Position numbers and translations under genes: made by a program
Part shown: positions 39,150 to 52,059 of the stretch, one piece after another
Layout of the letters: each line of letters opens with the position of its first letter
How positions within the stretch are numbered: the first letter of the stretch is position 1
The notes under the pieces: model-generated
What the model was told of the DNA's origin: nothing
Seen by the model: only the letters and a program-made list of their open reading frames with translations
The model's database searches: none
From: Phoronis australis
Taxonomy: Eukaryota; Animalia; Phoronida
Assembly (NCBI GenBank): GCA_002633005.1
Contig: NMRA01000415.1
Location: forward strand, 283,161-347,160
Direction: 5' to 3'
Length of the DNA: 64,000 nucleotides

Positions 39150-42100
39150 GACACAAATTATAGTGTGCAAGCTATACACTTACGTCACGTATATTTAAAT
39201 AACCCCCCTTTCTGCACATTATCTATCGCATTGAACCCCAGTGGTGTCCCCAGTCTCCAAAAAGACCAGGCAGCTACGACTGATGGCCTGACTAGCAAAT
39301 GCCATCTTTGTATTAAGCCAACGCTTATAAAATAGCTTTAGTTTCAGGTATTCAATGTTTTGCCAATTGTGCTTACCAAATCAATTATTTGGAAAATTTC
39401 ACACACGCACCTGTGGGAGTCACAGCTGTGTTCATGCCTGACTTTACTACTGTTGCTTACTGTCTCCGCACTAGCAAGCATTCTATGATGTCTATAAATT
39501 TTAGTGAATGGAACCGTGTACGAAATCTTCGCCCGGAAGTGCAGCACTATGGGATTTGTCTTTAGCGACCTAACAAAACTTGAACTGATGGACCTGCAAT
39601 ACATGAAAATCAAGGTATTATAAAATTGATATCATGTTATTCCCATAGATAAAGCAAGGTGTTTTTTCGGTCACAGCTTCTGTGAACTAAACTGAAGCTC
39701 TGTAACACATAAAGATGGCCGGAGAAATTACTGACTGAAAAGTCCTGCCAATTGCTGGAGGTTGGTGTATAAAGGAACGCGTTTGTAAAAAAGAAAAAAA
39801 CGTGTAAAATGCAAAAGCCTGTGGCGTCTGGGTAAGAGTTGGTCGTCTCTGAACATTGGTTGGGATTAGGTATATGCATATTCAAACCACGAGAGATTTT
39901 TTTGATCTACGATTTCTTGCTGCCTGACCTTCGAGCAGGGTCAAACAATGAATGACCCCGATAGAAGGTCAAGTAGCGCGTCACGTAGTAGGTAGGTTGC
40001 GAATCTTTTAGCCTCTAAGATTCAGGTGTTGGCAGCTCCACCAGCTTCGTGTCAATGTCAATTTCCCACTAACAAGAAGTAACGAATGAGCAAGAAATGG
40101 ACGAATGGGTCATGCAACGACATGGATTTCTCTAAAACCTCCTTGACCCCCACACTCATCGACCCCTTCGAACCACGACACCCTCGACCCGAAACGCCTC
40201 GACCCAAGGCTGGGTTCGGCTCCGTCAGGTTATCGATTCACCTTCAGTTTCGCTATAAAACCGGCACAACTAGCAGTAGACACGTTTCAAACGCACCATA
40301 AACAAGGCGTATATAACTGAACCAGGAACAACGCAACTTGACATGATGACCTGGGATGTCTCAACAGAGAAACTATGCTAGAAATAATGATTCTTTGAAA
40401 ACAAAAGTGATCTCATTTAGCACTCGATTACATCTAAAATGTTAGGATTAACCAATAGTTTGAAAACAACATCGTAGAGCTTGAATAAAAACAAACACAC
40501 TTTTGACCGTGGAAGGTATCTTTACTGCTGGAACAATTTCAGTTAGAGATTTCAATTTCGCGTTGTCTGTTCACAACTGTGAAAGAAATCTGGCCCACGG
40601 TCTTTCTTGCCTTCTTGAACACAATTGATGCTCCCATTCAACTCACAGGTTGGTATTTTCAGGACCCAAAGTACGTGTATTTTGTGTTGGCGCAAGAGCT
40701 GAACAAATCCTCCTTAGTTAAACATCATCTGATGTTCACTGGTTCTTGTGCGAGCTGTTTCTGGACCTGGTACCTCAGTATTATCTTCTATCTCGGAGTT
40801 GTAAGTAAGCCTGTCATTGTTTGTTGCGTCCTCAGACTCGTCTCATCATATAACTGTGGCGCAAGATACGCCGTGTGAATGGAAGAAAGCACACTATCTT
40901 ACTATCCCAGTGCTATTAACTTAGCGATCCCTACCACTGTAAAGCGACTGAAATATACTCGGACTGTTGCAACATGTTCGAAAACTGTACGTAGACAACC
41001 ACAAATCCAATATTTCTGTTGTCTCAGCCAACAGATTGTCGCTGCTGTACGGTGGTCACGCAAATGATAACGTCTCAGAGATGATTCACTTGATTCCATT
41101 GAAGTAATCTACATGGTACATGTATGTCCGTACCAAAACGCACACACGCATAACAGACCTCACCTTGCACAAAAAAGAATGTGGATGATGTGAGATTTGG
41201 TGACATTTCTGTCTTCTCCCACTGAACTCAAAACTCACCATGACGTCAATGCGCATGCCGTTTTCACGAGAAATGCTATTGACTGTGCGATCTGGATACC
41301 AAACTGAGAGGAGGGAATTAATTAACCCGCAGCATTAAGGTTTTGATATTAGTGTATTAATGATGGTGCTGGCCTCCGTATTAAAGGAGTTTAAAGCCTA
41401 CCTTCAATGGAATATTTTATTTAAGATGTATTGGGCTAACCAGATCGTCCTAGCAAAGCCTTAGTAAAATAAGAAATGCGAGCTCCATCGCTCAAATGTA
41501 GGCCCGTCAAATGACAGGTGAAGCTGCCTTTTCCTGCCATGTTGCGTCATCGCGAGATGCCAGCACAAACAACAAAATGCCGATAACAGTTGTATTGAAA
41601 AAGAGTTTGAATAGAAAGCCACTGCGTGAGAGTGTTAATTATTCGCTGCTGTTTGAATTAAAAGGTAATTCTAGCGGTGACGTAGACACAAAGGTGATTC
41701 TAGCGGTGACGTAACCAAAAGCATGCCAATACGCTTAAGTGTTCGTTACGTTTTACAATTTATGACAATTTTGAGTTGGCTCAGAGCGATACTATTAAAT
41801 TATTGTAGGAACCGAATTTACAGGTGTTACTGCTGCAGATAGGCTTTAACCACAAAATATTTTTAGGAAACCATGAATGTGTTTGTTGGAATTGTACTTT
41901 TTTCAGACTGTCATCTTAATGACCCTGATGATCTTGAGTAGCACTATTGCACAGGGGCTACAGAGTAGTATGGTGTCAATCTACCCATTGGCGACGACAG
42001 ACACGAGTATTCTGGTGCTTTTCATCATTCGTTTTTATCTAAAAACGGTGGGTTTCTTCTGTGTCTTAACCGCCTCACCTCTACCATCTATGCAATTACC

Positions 42101-45100
42101 ACTCTCCCCTGCAACGCCATACTTAACATCATCGCTACCAGAGTCAGCACCACGAACAACACTACGACTCTCAACATGAACTAGCACGCAATAATTCCGC
42201 GACAGCTAATTTCATTAACTCTATCAGTTCCGTCTCTGTGACAGACACATCCCGCCTTATTGCCCTACCACCACCATTATCATTGTCACATCACCATCAC
42301 CTCCTCTATTCTCACGTGACCACTTCCACAACAACAACAACAACAACAACACCAAAAACAACAACATAATCAGCACTGCCCCTATAAGTCATGTCACAGT
42401 ATCACATCCATTAACACTATAGCCAAGCAACTCTATTCTTCTGTTTCCTCACAACACCTCCAGATGAAGTACTTATTATTGCTGATTTATTTTAAGTTTG
42501 GAACTGGTTATGTATTGAAATCCCTGTCGCAGAGTGGTGTGCGTTCTCAATTATGAATACAGCTATGGCGAAGTCATTGCAAAACGGTATTTTTATTAGC
42601 TGTGTACTCAGAAAGAACACGGTGAACAAGGAAATTACATCCAAGTTTTATTATGTTAGGCATTCTCAGCAGGGGACGACTAGTTTGTGAGCACTATGTA
42701 TTCGAGTAATATTACTTCAGATGCAACGAGCGTTAACAACGTTCCCATTTACATGTACATGTATTTGACATCTGTAACCACGCTTAGGAAGTGCGGAAGT
42801 GCCTTCTTAGCCTTGCAGCGTAGAATTCGTTGTTATTATCACAAGACTCTGCTTCTTCTTTTTCAGAAGTTGAAATCGCCAAAATCGAAACAGCTCCAGT
42901 CTTTCCTTCTCGACCTTAACATTGAACTGAGCCAGAACCACTGCACTTTGGCGGATTTTGTGGTGGACAAAGATCCGTCCTTCGTACCTGCCGTATCCTT
43001 TTAGCACATCTGTATTTACATTTCACTCGCCCATACACCGTTCAAGAGGTCTCATTCACGTGCATTATAGGCGTTTTGTTGGACGACATCTGCCATCATT
43101 TTTATTACTTGACACGAAAGGTCTGCACTCACGTTCCTATTCATTCAAAATGACCCACTCCTTTCTTCAATTTTGTAATACGGCGTGGCAACAAGTCATC
43201 CGAAAACAAAAAGAATACTTTCATCAAAGAGACAGTAAAATTCATTGGTGCTTCTTTACTAGTCGACTTCAAGTCGTTTTTGTGTTATAGTGAGAAATTT
43301 AGTGATAAGTATACGCCCGAAGCGTATCACCTTGTGGGTCTACCTTTCATTGCACCTCGATTTAGGGTATGCAGACACTGCACTGAAAAAGTTGTGCACT
43401 GCGTTTACATGTACATGCGTCCAAATCCCACTATACCACCGTTTAACCTTCTGCACTAGTTACACGTAGTATTCTCGAGGTTTGTTTTCTGCGCACAAAA
43501 GTGAACCACGCGACTTGAGGTTGATATTAAAAGATGAAATGGAAAACATTGTCCAGTTTATGTAAGTTATTTGTTCCTTTGTAAAAGAATATACTGAAAA
43601 CAACAGTTCACAAGGACATCGTTGAATTTATTTACTTTTTTCTGAAAAAAGTGACGTTTTGGTCTACTTTTTAATGCATTTTTTATGTATCGTTGAGCGA
43701 GGCATGCTGTTGGCACCGTGACGTCAGTTTTGCACATGCACAGCATGCAATGCCTCACAAAATTCAATGGTTTTGACGAGAATGCACGAGATCATTGTCC
43801 GTGTCGACAATCATAAAAATTTTGAATCTTAAGAATAGGAATTCTTTGAAAAACAATGATTCCTCAAAGCAAAAATGCAACACGGCTTAGTCGTTTTGTA
43901 AGTCCCACGTGGGCTTTACGACACACGGTCAAGAAATATTGAGTGAACTTATCACATGCCAAGAGCCAAACCAATCACAGAAGCCAAGTCCGTTACACAA
44001 AATACTCGTGAGACACTATTGAGAATTAGTGTTTTGCCTCTGATTTGTTACGATATGGTTTAAAAACTTGCATGATTCTCGCATAAACTAGTTTTATGCA
44101 ACGCAGCCCACGTTATCACAAGCGTTACACTTGATTAAGGCAGATAGTCAGTGCCACTCAGTGTTGCCGTAGATACATTATGGTCATTTGATATTGCTTC
44201 ATGAACGTGTTCTTTTGAGTCGCGTAGAGTGAAAATCACCGCATTGACGTATTTTCCTGACAAGAAATCACCAGCTTCGTTTATTGTATTACGACATGAC
44301 GCAATGCCGAGTGAGTATAGTCACTGAATTTTAAAGTAAAGTGTGGAACTTCTCAATCAAAACAAAGACAACATATTTGAAACTCCTACATTTTGTGCAT
44401 TATCCTACAGGAGGCGCCACTCTTCTAAATTATCTGTTTCAGTTTCCGGTTAGTGTATTGTGATGACACAACATCCGACCATAATTACAGTGGCGGATCT
44501 AGGACATCACAAGGGGGGGGCCCAACATTTTGTCCGGTTGGAAGCTTTTGCGCAAACTGAACCACGAATGTAGATGCGCATAGCACCGGATGGGGGCAGG
44601 TCGGGAGGGGGGTTTGCCCCCCTCCCGCCCGGGAAATTTTTCTGTTTTTACCTCTAAAAATCAAGCATTTTCCTTGATTCCTGAAGTATTATCCAAGAAA
44701 AAAAGGCAAAAAAAAAGAAAACACGGAGAACGTGTCAAACAGGAAAAAAATGCACGTACCAAAGAATCGAACTCACGACCTGGCGCATAGAGCGCGCGTA
44801 CGTTACCACTACACCACCACAATTTAACTATAATTTTCATACTAAAAGACTTACTTGTTTATGGGCCACAGCGTTTGCGCGCGAAACCTACTTCTTTTTG
44901 TACTGCTTACTACACGTTTTATATTTNAGTGGTGTGCGTTCTCAATTATGAATACAGATATGGCGAAGTCATTGCAAAACGGTATTTTTATTAGCTGTGT
45001 ACTCAGAAAGAACATGGTGAACAAGGAAATTACATCCAAGTTTTATTATGTTAGGCACTCTCAGCAGGGGACGACTAGTTTTTGAGCACTGTGTATTCGA

Positions 45101-48100
45101 GTAATATTACTTCAGATGCAACGAGCGTTAACAACGTTCCCAGTTATTTGACATCTGTATCCACGCTTAGGAAGTGAGGAAGTGCCTTCTTAGCCTTGCG
45201 GCGTAGAATTTGTTGTTATTATCACAAGACACTGCTCCTTGGTTAATTTTCAGAAGTTGAAATCGCCAAAATCGAAACAGCTCCAGTCTTTCCTTCTCGA
45301 CCGTAACATTGAACTGAGCCAGAACCACTGCACTTTGGCGGATTTTGTGGTGGACAAAGATCAGTCCTTCGTACCTGCCGTATCCTTTTAGCAACATCTT
45401 TATTTACATTTCACTCGCCCATACAGCGTTCAAGAGGTCTCATTCACGTGCATTATTGGTGTTTTGTTGGACGATATCTGCCATCATTTTTATTACTTGA
45501 CACGAAACGTCTGCACTCACGCTCCTATTCATTCAAAATGACCCACTCCTTTCTTCAATTTTGTAATACGGCGTGGCAACAAGTCATCCGAAAACGAAAA
45601 GAAAAGTTTCATCAATGAGACAGTAAAATTCATTGGTGCTTCTTTACAAGTCAACTTAAAGTCGTTTTTGTGTTATAGTGAGAAATTTAGTGATAAGTAT
45701 ACGCCCGAAGCGTATCACCTTGTGGGTCTACCTTTCAGTGCACCTCGATTTAGGGTATGCAGACACTGCTCTGAAAAAGTTGTGCACTGCGTTTACATGT
45801 ACAGTTGTACATGCGTCCAAATCCCACTACACCACCGTTTAACCTTCTGCACTAGTTACATGTAGTATTCTCGAGGTTTGTTTTCTGCGCACAAAAGTGA
45901 ACCACGCGACTTGAGGTTGATATTAAAAGATGAAATGGAAAACATTGTCCAGTTTATGTAAGTTATTTGTTCCTTTGTAAAAAATATACTGAAAAAACAG
46001 TTCACAAGGACATCGTTGAATTTCTTTACTTTTTTCTGAAAAAAAGTGACGTTTTGGTCTACTTTTTAATGCATTTTTTATGTATCGTTGAGCGAGGCAT
46101 GCTGTTGGCACCGTGACGTCAGTTTTGCACATGCACAGCAAGCAATGCCTCACAAAATTCAATGGTTGTGACGAGAATGCACGGGATCATTGTCCGTGTC
46201 GACAGTCATAAAAATGTTGAATCTTAAGAATAGGAATTCTTTGAAAAACAAAGATTCCTCAAAGCAAAAATGCAACTCGACTAAGTCGTTTTATAAGTCC
46301 CACGTGGGCTTTACGACACACGTTCAAGAAATATTGAGAGAAGTCATCACATGCCAAGAGCCAAACCATTCACAGAAGCCAAGTCCATTACACAAAATAC
46401 TCGTGAGACACTATTGAGAATTAGTGTTTTGCCTCTGATTTATTACGATATGGTTTAAAAACTTGCAAGACTCTCGCATGAACTAGTTTTATGCAACGCA
46501 ACCCACGTTATCACAAGCGTTACACTTGATTAAAGCAGATAGTCAGTGCCACTCACTGTTGCCGTAGATACATTATGGTCATTTGATATTGCTTCATGAA
46601 CGTGTTCTTTTGAGTCACGTAGAGTGAAAATCACCGCCATGACGTATTTTCCTGACAAGAAATCACCAGCTTCGTTTATTGTATTACGACATGACGCAAT
46701 GCCGAGTGAGTATAGTCACTGAATTTTAAAGTAAAGTGTGGAACTTCTCAATCAAAACAAAGACAATATATTTGCAACTTCTACATTTTTTGTGCACTAT
46801 CCTAGAGGAGGCGCCACTCTTCTAAATTATCTGTTTCAGTTTCCGGTTAGTGTATTGTGATGACACAACATCCGACCATAATTATCAGAGGACGCCGGAA
46901 ATAAAACAAAATAATTTTGTCAGGTATTGCTAGTGAATTAATTGTTTCTGTAAGAAAACAGATTTCGTCCATTGAATGTGTACGGAGTTGGCGGTCCATG
47001 TACTATAGCGAATGGTCAAATTTGAAGTTGTATTAGGAGGATGATTTTTAATTATCTGGTATAAGTACACTGTACACAAGAATTTGTACCGTATTTTGTC
47101 TTTTAAAACATCTTCTGCATTCTTGATAAGCACACAGACCATTATTTTGGCTCACCTGTAAACTATCAAGGGCGGTAGCTTCACTTTTACAGTTACATGT
47201 AGACACCTGCATTGCCATTCTTGAAAATCCTGGTTCATGTGTTGGGCAGGATATTCTTTGTTTTTGTTCTTAAATACGACTAGCTATCGTTTCTACATGC
47301 ATTTATATCTGCTCTACATGGGACAGGAATTTTTCATATTTTTGTATAGGCCTAGATCTTTCAATTCATGGTCTTAGACACATGTTACACGCCGGTGACG
47401 GGGTGACTACATGGCAGAAGGACAACGGTAGATTGTTCACAATAGTACCATAGAAGGAGGACCAGGCGTCTTTGCTCTATTCTGGCTCATCATTGGACAT
47501 ACAAATGACGTCGCGAAGAGTTGTCTTCCAAATAATTACAAGGAAATTTTTGTTGGTGTCCAATAGGTAATGGCCACGCATTTATGACCTCATTAACAGA
47601 CGATCAACTTATGTGACTTTCTAAGTACGGATGTCAATGCAATGAGGAACTTTACTGTATTTTCGGCTTGCACGTGGCCGACTGCACGACGGAGGCTCAA
47701 ACGAAACCTTTAGTTGCCTCCTTCGAATAAGATTAGGAACAACAACAATACAATGGTTAAACTTCTTTGCAACGTAAATGTACATTCTGCGAAAACGAGG
47801 CAAATATCCACAGCAATTAGGTGCGAATGCACAATTTGTAAGTCTAAACTTAGTATCCCGTTTTTCTGTTTTTTAAGGGCCCTCTTGAAAAGCAGTGCTA
47901 TCACTGAAGAAGCCACTCTCATTTTTAATATCACAATAAATAAATAAATTAAGTCCTCGTCCTACGCACCCTGAAAAATTCGAGCTCTTCATATTTTAGT
48001 CTGGATGTGCATGGAAGTTTAAACCACACATCGCTGTCTACGCTTTAAACTAAGTATGTTGCAATGTGACTGTGTTTTATGAAAGCCACTTTGTCTTGAT

Positions 48101-49830
48101 TTTTCCACTGGTGGCACAGATAACAACTGGCGGTCATTCAAAACAACATATCAATCACACATGCGCGTTCATGTTTCAGGAGTGCTTAAAAGACTGGGGA
48201 CTGTGGTGCGATGAAATTTCCAACAAACACGTAAGTCTGTGAATATGTGAGAAATTCTTTCTCAAAGCTTTGTGCTAGTCTGAATGAATTAAAACTTTAT
48301 TTGTCTTGCTATGAAGACCGGCTTCAAGTGATACTATGAACTCTTTTACAGGTCTAAATATATGCACTTTCAAATATGCCAAATATAGAGCACTGTACAT
48401 GTAGCCTGGAACCGTGGCGAGTAAGAGCTGATATGGTTATGTTGGACCTCATCCAAGAACCTGTGCATTTATTCCAATGCTTACTTGTACAAGCCTTTAC
48501 AACTGATCTCGGTAAAAGTGTATACTTTCTGAAAGCGCAAAGGACATGCATGTATGTGCTCTGGAATTTTAATAAAAGCTAAGATGAAAGATACAATCAC
48601 ATCAAAATAACGGCAGCCATCACGTGACCAATTTTCGTTTGATACATATCTTCACCATGAAATCTCATAAACGCTGTCACAGTTTTCTAAATTAGCATTT
48701 TGTTCTCATCGTTTTTACATCTTTTGTTTTTTTCATGAAAATCTCGCGTTAAAACGAAACATAATAAAACAATTTGTTACATGATTTTGGAGTATAGTTC
48801 TACTAAAAGCATAATATCTAAAATTTTGTATCAATTTGATCAACCGTTTCAGAGATATGATGTCCCAGAAATAGCAAAATTTGGACATTTTTCCTAAATA
48901 ACGTTAATTCGCCTTTTTCAGAAACTAAATTACTTCTTCTGACGGACACAAAGTTTCAGCATAAAAAGCAATGCAGAAGATAATATATAAAATAAAAATC
49001 GTGTTCAAGTATAATAGCCACTATATGGAAACACGATTATTTCTTACTTGCCACCTGTAATAGGCCTACGATTGGCTCTTGAGGTGGGAAGGTAGACATT
49101 GGGAGATATGTGTTACGCTGCGTAGCGCAGTTGTTGGTTACACGTACCATTTGCCGTTGGCTTTCAACATTTCCACCCCGTTTGCCAACGATAGTTACAC
49201 AGAGCTTAATTGACAATTTCCTTGTCACCAATTATCTTTGTCATCGTTGTCTTTATTTTTGACGTCTTGGCAACGAATTTTCTTGTTTTGTTAATGTTCT
49301 ATCTAGAGGTATTTTTGCGAAAGTTAATGAGGGAATGAAACATTTTTGTTCCCGAAGCTAACTTAAACTTCCGAAATGGCTGCCGCCATTGCAGCCGTCA
49401 CACACACCGAGCTACAGTTTGTACAGGTGTACATGTACGAACGTTTACAAACAGCCGAGTTCCCGTAATAAAGGCCGTGAGAAAATCAACCAACGTGATT
49501 GTATTCTCTTAGAATCATTTTTTGCAAAACACATGTTGAACAGTATTGACTATTCTATACAACAATAACTCGTCATCTGAACTGAGTGACTATTTTTAGT
49601 GCAGAAAACAATGCTCTGTGAAGACTTACCTCACGTCTTACGTCGAACTGCTCCAGGCAGAAGAATCGAAGAAGTCCCAATTCCAAGTTGATAATGACCT
49701 TGTTCGTCACGTGACCAAAGACCGCTTGATGTGTTTCTGCCAATACGTAGAGCACATGCGCAAACGGGAAGGTTTGCCAACATGTGACAGAGGTAACCAA
49801 GAACAAAGGGGGTTAAGTTACGTTATGTAA
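37619..49830 (+). CDS. TIR domain fused to a two-TM TMEM268/DUF4481-like module (multi-exon model, 3' middle exons unresolved)
   Basis: Phase-consistent exons: 37619-38030 (TIR); 38934-38975; 39505-39614 (VNGTVYEIFARKCSTMGFVFSDLTKLELMDLQYMKIK); 40663-40800 (DPKYVYFVLAQELNKSSLVKHHLMF...WTWYLSIIFYLGV); 41907-42047 (TVILMTLMIL...SILVLFIIRFYLKT); 42867-42992, duplicated from 45254 (KLKSPKSKQLQSFLLDLNIELSQNHC). Candidate exons at 48180-48230 and ~48352-48420. Last exon ~49600-49830 (YLTSYVELL...RHVTKDRLMCFCQYVEH). Confidence 0.6.
42328..42366. repeat. (CAA)n microsatellite
   Basis: caacaacaacaacaacaacaacac...caacaac. Confidence 0.85.
42533..46884. repeat. Tandem duplicate pair 42533-44487 / 44928-46884 joined at N 44927
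   Basis: Colinear ~1.95-kb copies. Copy A is followed by a transposon arm at ...ccataatta|CAGTGG; copy B continues ...ccataatta|tcagagg without it. Confidence 0.85.
44488..44926. mobile_element. Arm of the same long-TIR element as 23461-26211, truncated at the N
   Basis: CAGTGGCGGATCTAGGACATCACAAGGGG... is the reverse complement of ~25800-26211, including the tRNA-like segment. Confidence 0.8.
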
Positions 49831-50597
49831 GTTTCGGATGTATTCGATAGGTACGTGTGCAAGAACGCTTTCGATGATGTATACATGTAACTGATGTAAC
49901 ATTCATGCTGTACAGGTACATCTACATGTACATGTAGGTGGTAACAGTAGAAGCCAGTGGTCTATGACGTGTCGAAATCACAGCCTCAAATATGTTCTTG
50001 TAACGTGATTTTGGGCGAGCATTAATTAAGATTGCAAGCAGACAGTCAAAATGTTTCTTATGTGAAAGTAGTGTTATGTGCCGATGATACATCCTTGTGT
50101 GCTTACACTTCAGTTATGTTGCAAAAACTACATGTAGTGTGTGTTTTAGAGAAGTTCTGTCAGGAATGAGGCATGTCGATATGTGTGGTCTTTACTAAAT
50201 GGAAGTCCTCTGAGAAATTGCGAGAGGTGGTATTTTGGAGGTGGAAAACTCTAAATGGTTTCCAGTTACAAGTATCTTGGTGTTGCGTTCACGCCATAGT
50301 TATTATGGATTAAGTTTACTCAGACCTGTCAGTCCCAGGCATCAAGGTCGCCATTACAGTCAAAAAGCTTCAAAGAAGCTTGGCTCTGTTTCAACCTCGT
50401 GTGGATTTCGAGACATTTGAGATAATAGTGCAACTTATCTTGTGCTATGGAGCCGAAATATGGAGCTTACAAAAATACAACTGGTTAGAAAAATTGCATA
50501 TTAAAATTTGTAATCGTGTGTTGTGTGTAGCTAATTCATGTTCAAACGATGCTGTACTAGGTTAGTGTGGCAGCTTGCCGTTATTTACTAAGTACTA

Positions 50598-50666
50598 CAC
50601 GGGCGGCGCTTAAAGGGGGCTGGGGGGACTTTAGCCCCCACTTTTTTCACTGCTGCACCGCCCATG
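50598..50666. mobile_element. 69-bp mini-MITE inserted in the LINE relic, with 5-bp TSD
   Basis: TIRs CACGGGCGG / CCGCCCATG, flanked by TACTA on both sides (50593-50597 and 50667-50671). Confidence 0.65.
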
Positions 50667-51298
50667 TACTATGTTGCCGGGTTCAAGAATTGGTCTTAAC
50701 CTCTCAAAATGCCTCCGCATCGTAACTCAAGGGAATCTTACGTCAATTTGTATCACTTAGATCAGAATCGTCGGCACTCCCGAAATTGGGCCACGTCTGT
50801 AAGCCTTTTATTGTAAAATTGTTGATTCCGTGACGTTTGGTAAAATGAGAGCGTTATGTCTGAAAATCTTTGTTTGGTAATTTTGGATGGAGAAAAAGGA
50901 TTGTTATTTGCAAGGATAGAAACAAAGTGTTGAGAGTAATCCTAAACTNGGGCGGCGCTTAAAGGGGGCTGGGGGGACTTTAGCCCCCCACTTTTTTCAC
51001 TGCTGCACCGCCCATGTACAATGTTGCCGGGTTCAAGAATTGGTCTTAACCTCTCAAAATGCCTCCGCATCGTAACTCAAGGGAATCTTACGTCAATTTG
51101 TATCACTTAGATCAGAATGGTCGGCACTCCCGAAATTGGGCCACGTCTGTAAGCCTTTTATTGTAAAATTGTTGATTCCGTGACGTTTGGTAAAATGAGA
51201 GCGTTATGTCTGAAAATCTTTGTTTGGTAATTTTGGATGGAGAAAAAGGATTGTTATTTGCAAGGATAGAAACAAAGTGTTGAGAGTAATCCTAAACT
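50600..51298. repeat. Near-identical duplicate pair 50600-50948 / 50950-51298 joined at N 50949
   Basis: Copies are almost identical either side of a single N. Confidence 0.85.
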
Positions 51299-52059
51299 GT
51301 TTTTTTATAATCGGTTTAAAAAGGAGTTCATCATGGGAAAATTTTTAAGCTTGAATATATCTCGTGCACAAATTATGTCCATGGTTGTTGAACATGAGCA
51401 CCATTTCCTTCTAAGCTATGGTAATTATTCTGAATTTAGAGAAAATTTTATTAAAGTGTGTTATTAGAAATTTCGGTCTTTTTCATGATTATTTCAACAC
51501 ATGATGATGGTAAATTAGTTAACCTATGTAAATATGTATCTTACGATTTTCGTATCCGTGATAGCTTGCCACACTCTTAAGTACGTTACAGTACATGTTG
51601 TTCTTTTGTACAGTGTGCCCATGGCGTTTATTACAGAAATAAATTTGACTGATTGTGTCATCGTGTGTTACGTACACTGTAGAATATCGTTGATTAGTCT
51701 GTGTTTTTAACGATAGATATACAATACTATATACCTTATTTCAGTAAAAGTATACATGGATATGTTCCTAAAGTGGAAATCCTGTAATTTTCGATGATTG
51801 ACTTTATACCAATCTTCTTATAGTCGGGTCACGTGACCAGGTGTTTTTAGTAAAATCTTGGACTAAAGATAGTAACACTCCAAAGCGAAACAACGGTATC
51901 AATATCATAAGAATTCAATATGAAATCTCAAAAGCGCTGTTGCATTCTTTTAAATTATCACTATGTTTTATGGGCGTCCGGACGTCTGGGTGTCCGACGT
52001 CCTCGGCTGTATATCCTAAATTTCTTGCAGTGTCTTATTGAAATTAGAAAGGTGTTTAC

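Larger units (their letters stand above)
50040..51560 (+). mobile_element. Degenerate non-LTR retrotransposon (RT C-terminal half and 3' Cys/His region)
   Basis: Broken-frame motifs in order: LCADD (YADD-like, ~50075), YKYLGV (~50267), ILCYGAEIW...LEKLHIKICNRVLCV...NDAVLG (50380-50565), NWATSV, and VEHEHHFLLSYGNYSEFR (~51390). There are many stops and frameshifts. Confidence 0.7.

Noticed and set aside
39348-39564. Alternative phase-1 terminal exon (GIQCFANC...GICL*) after the TIR exons
   Set aside because: Open and splice-compatible, but the overlapping 39505-39614 exon chains into further exons. It cannot be excluded as a short isoform.
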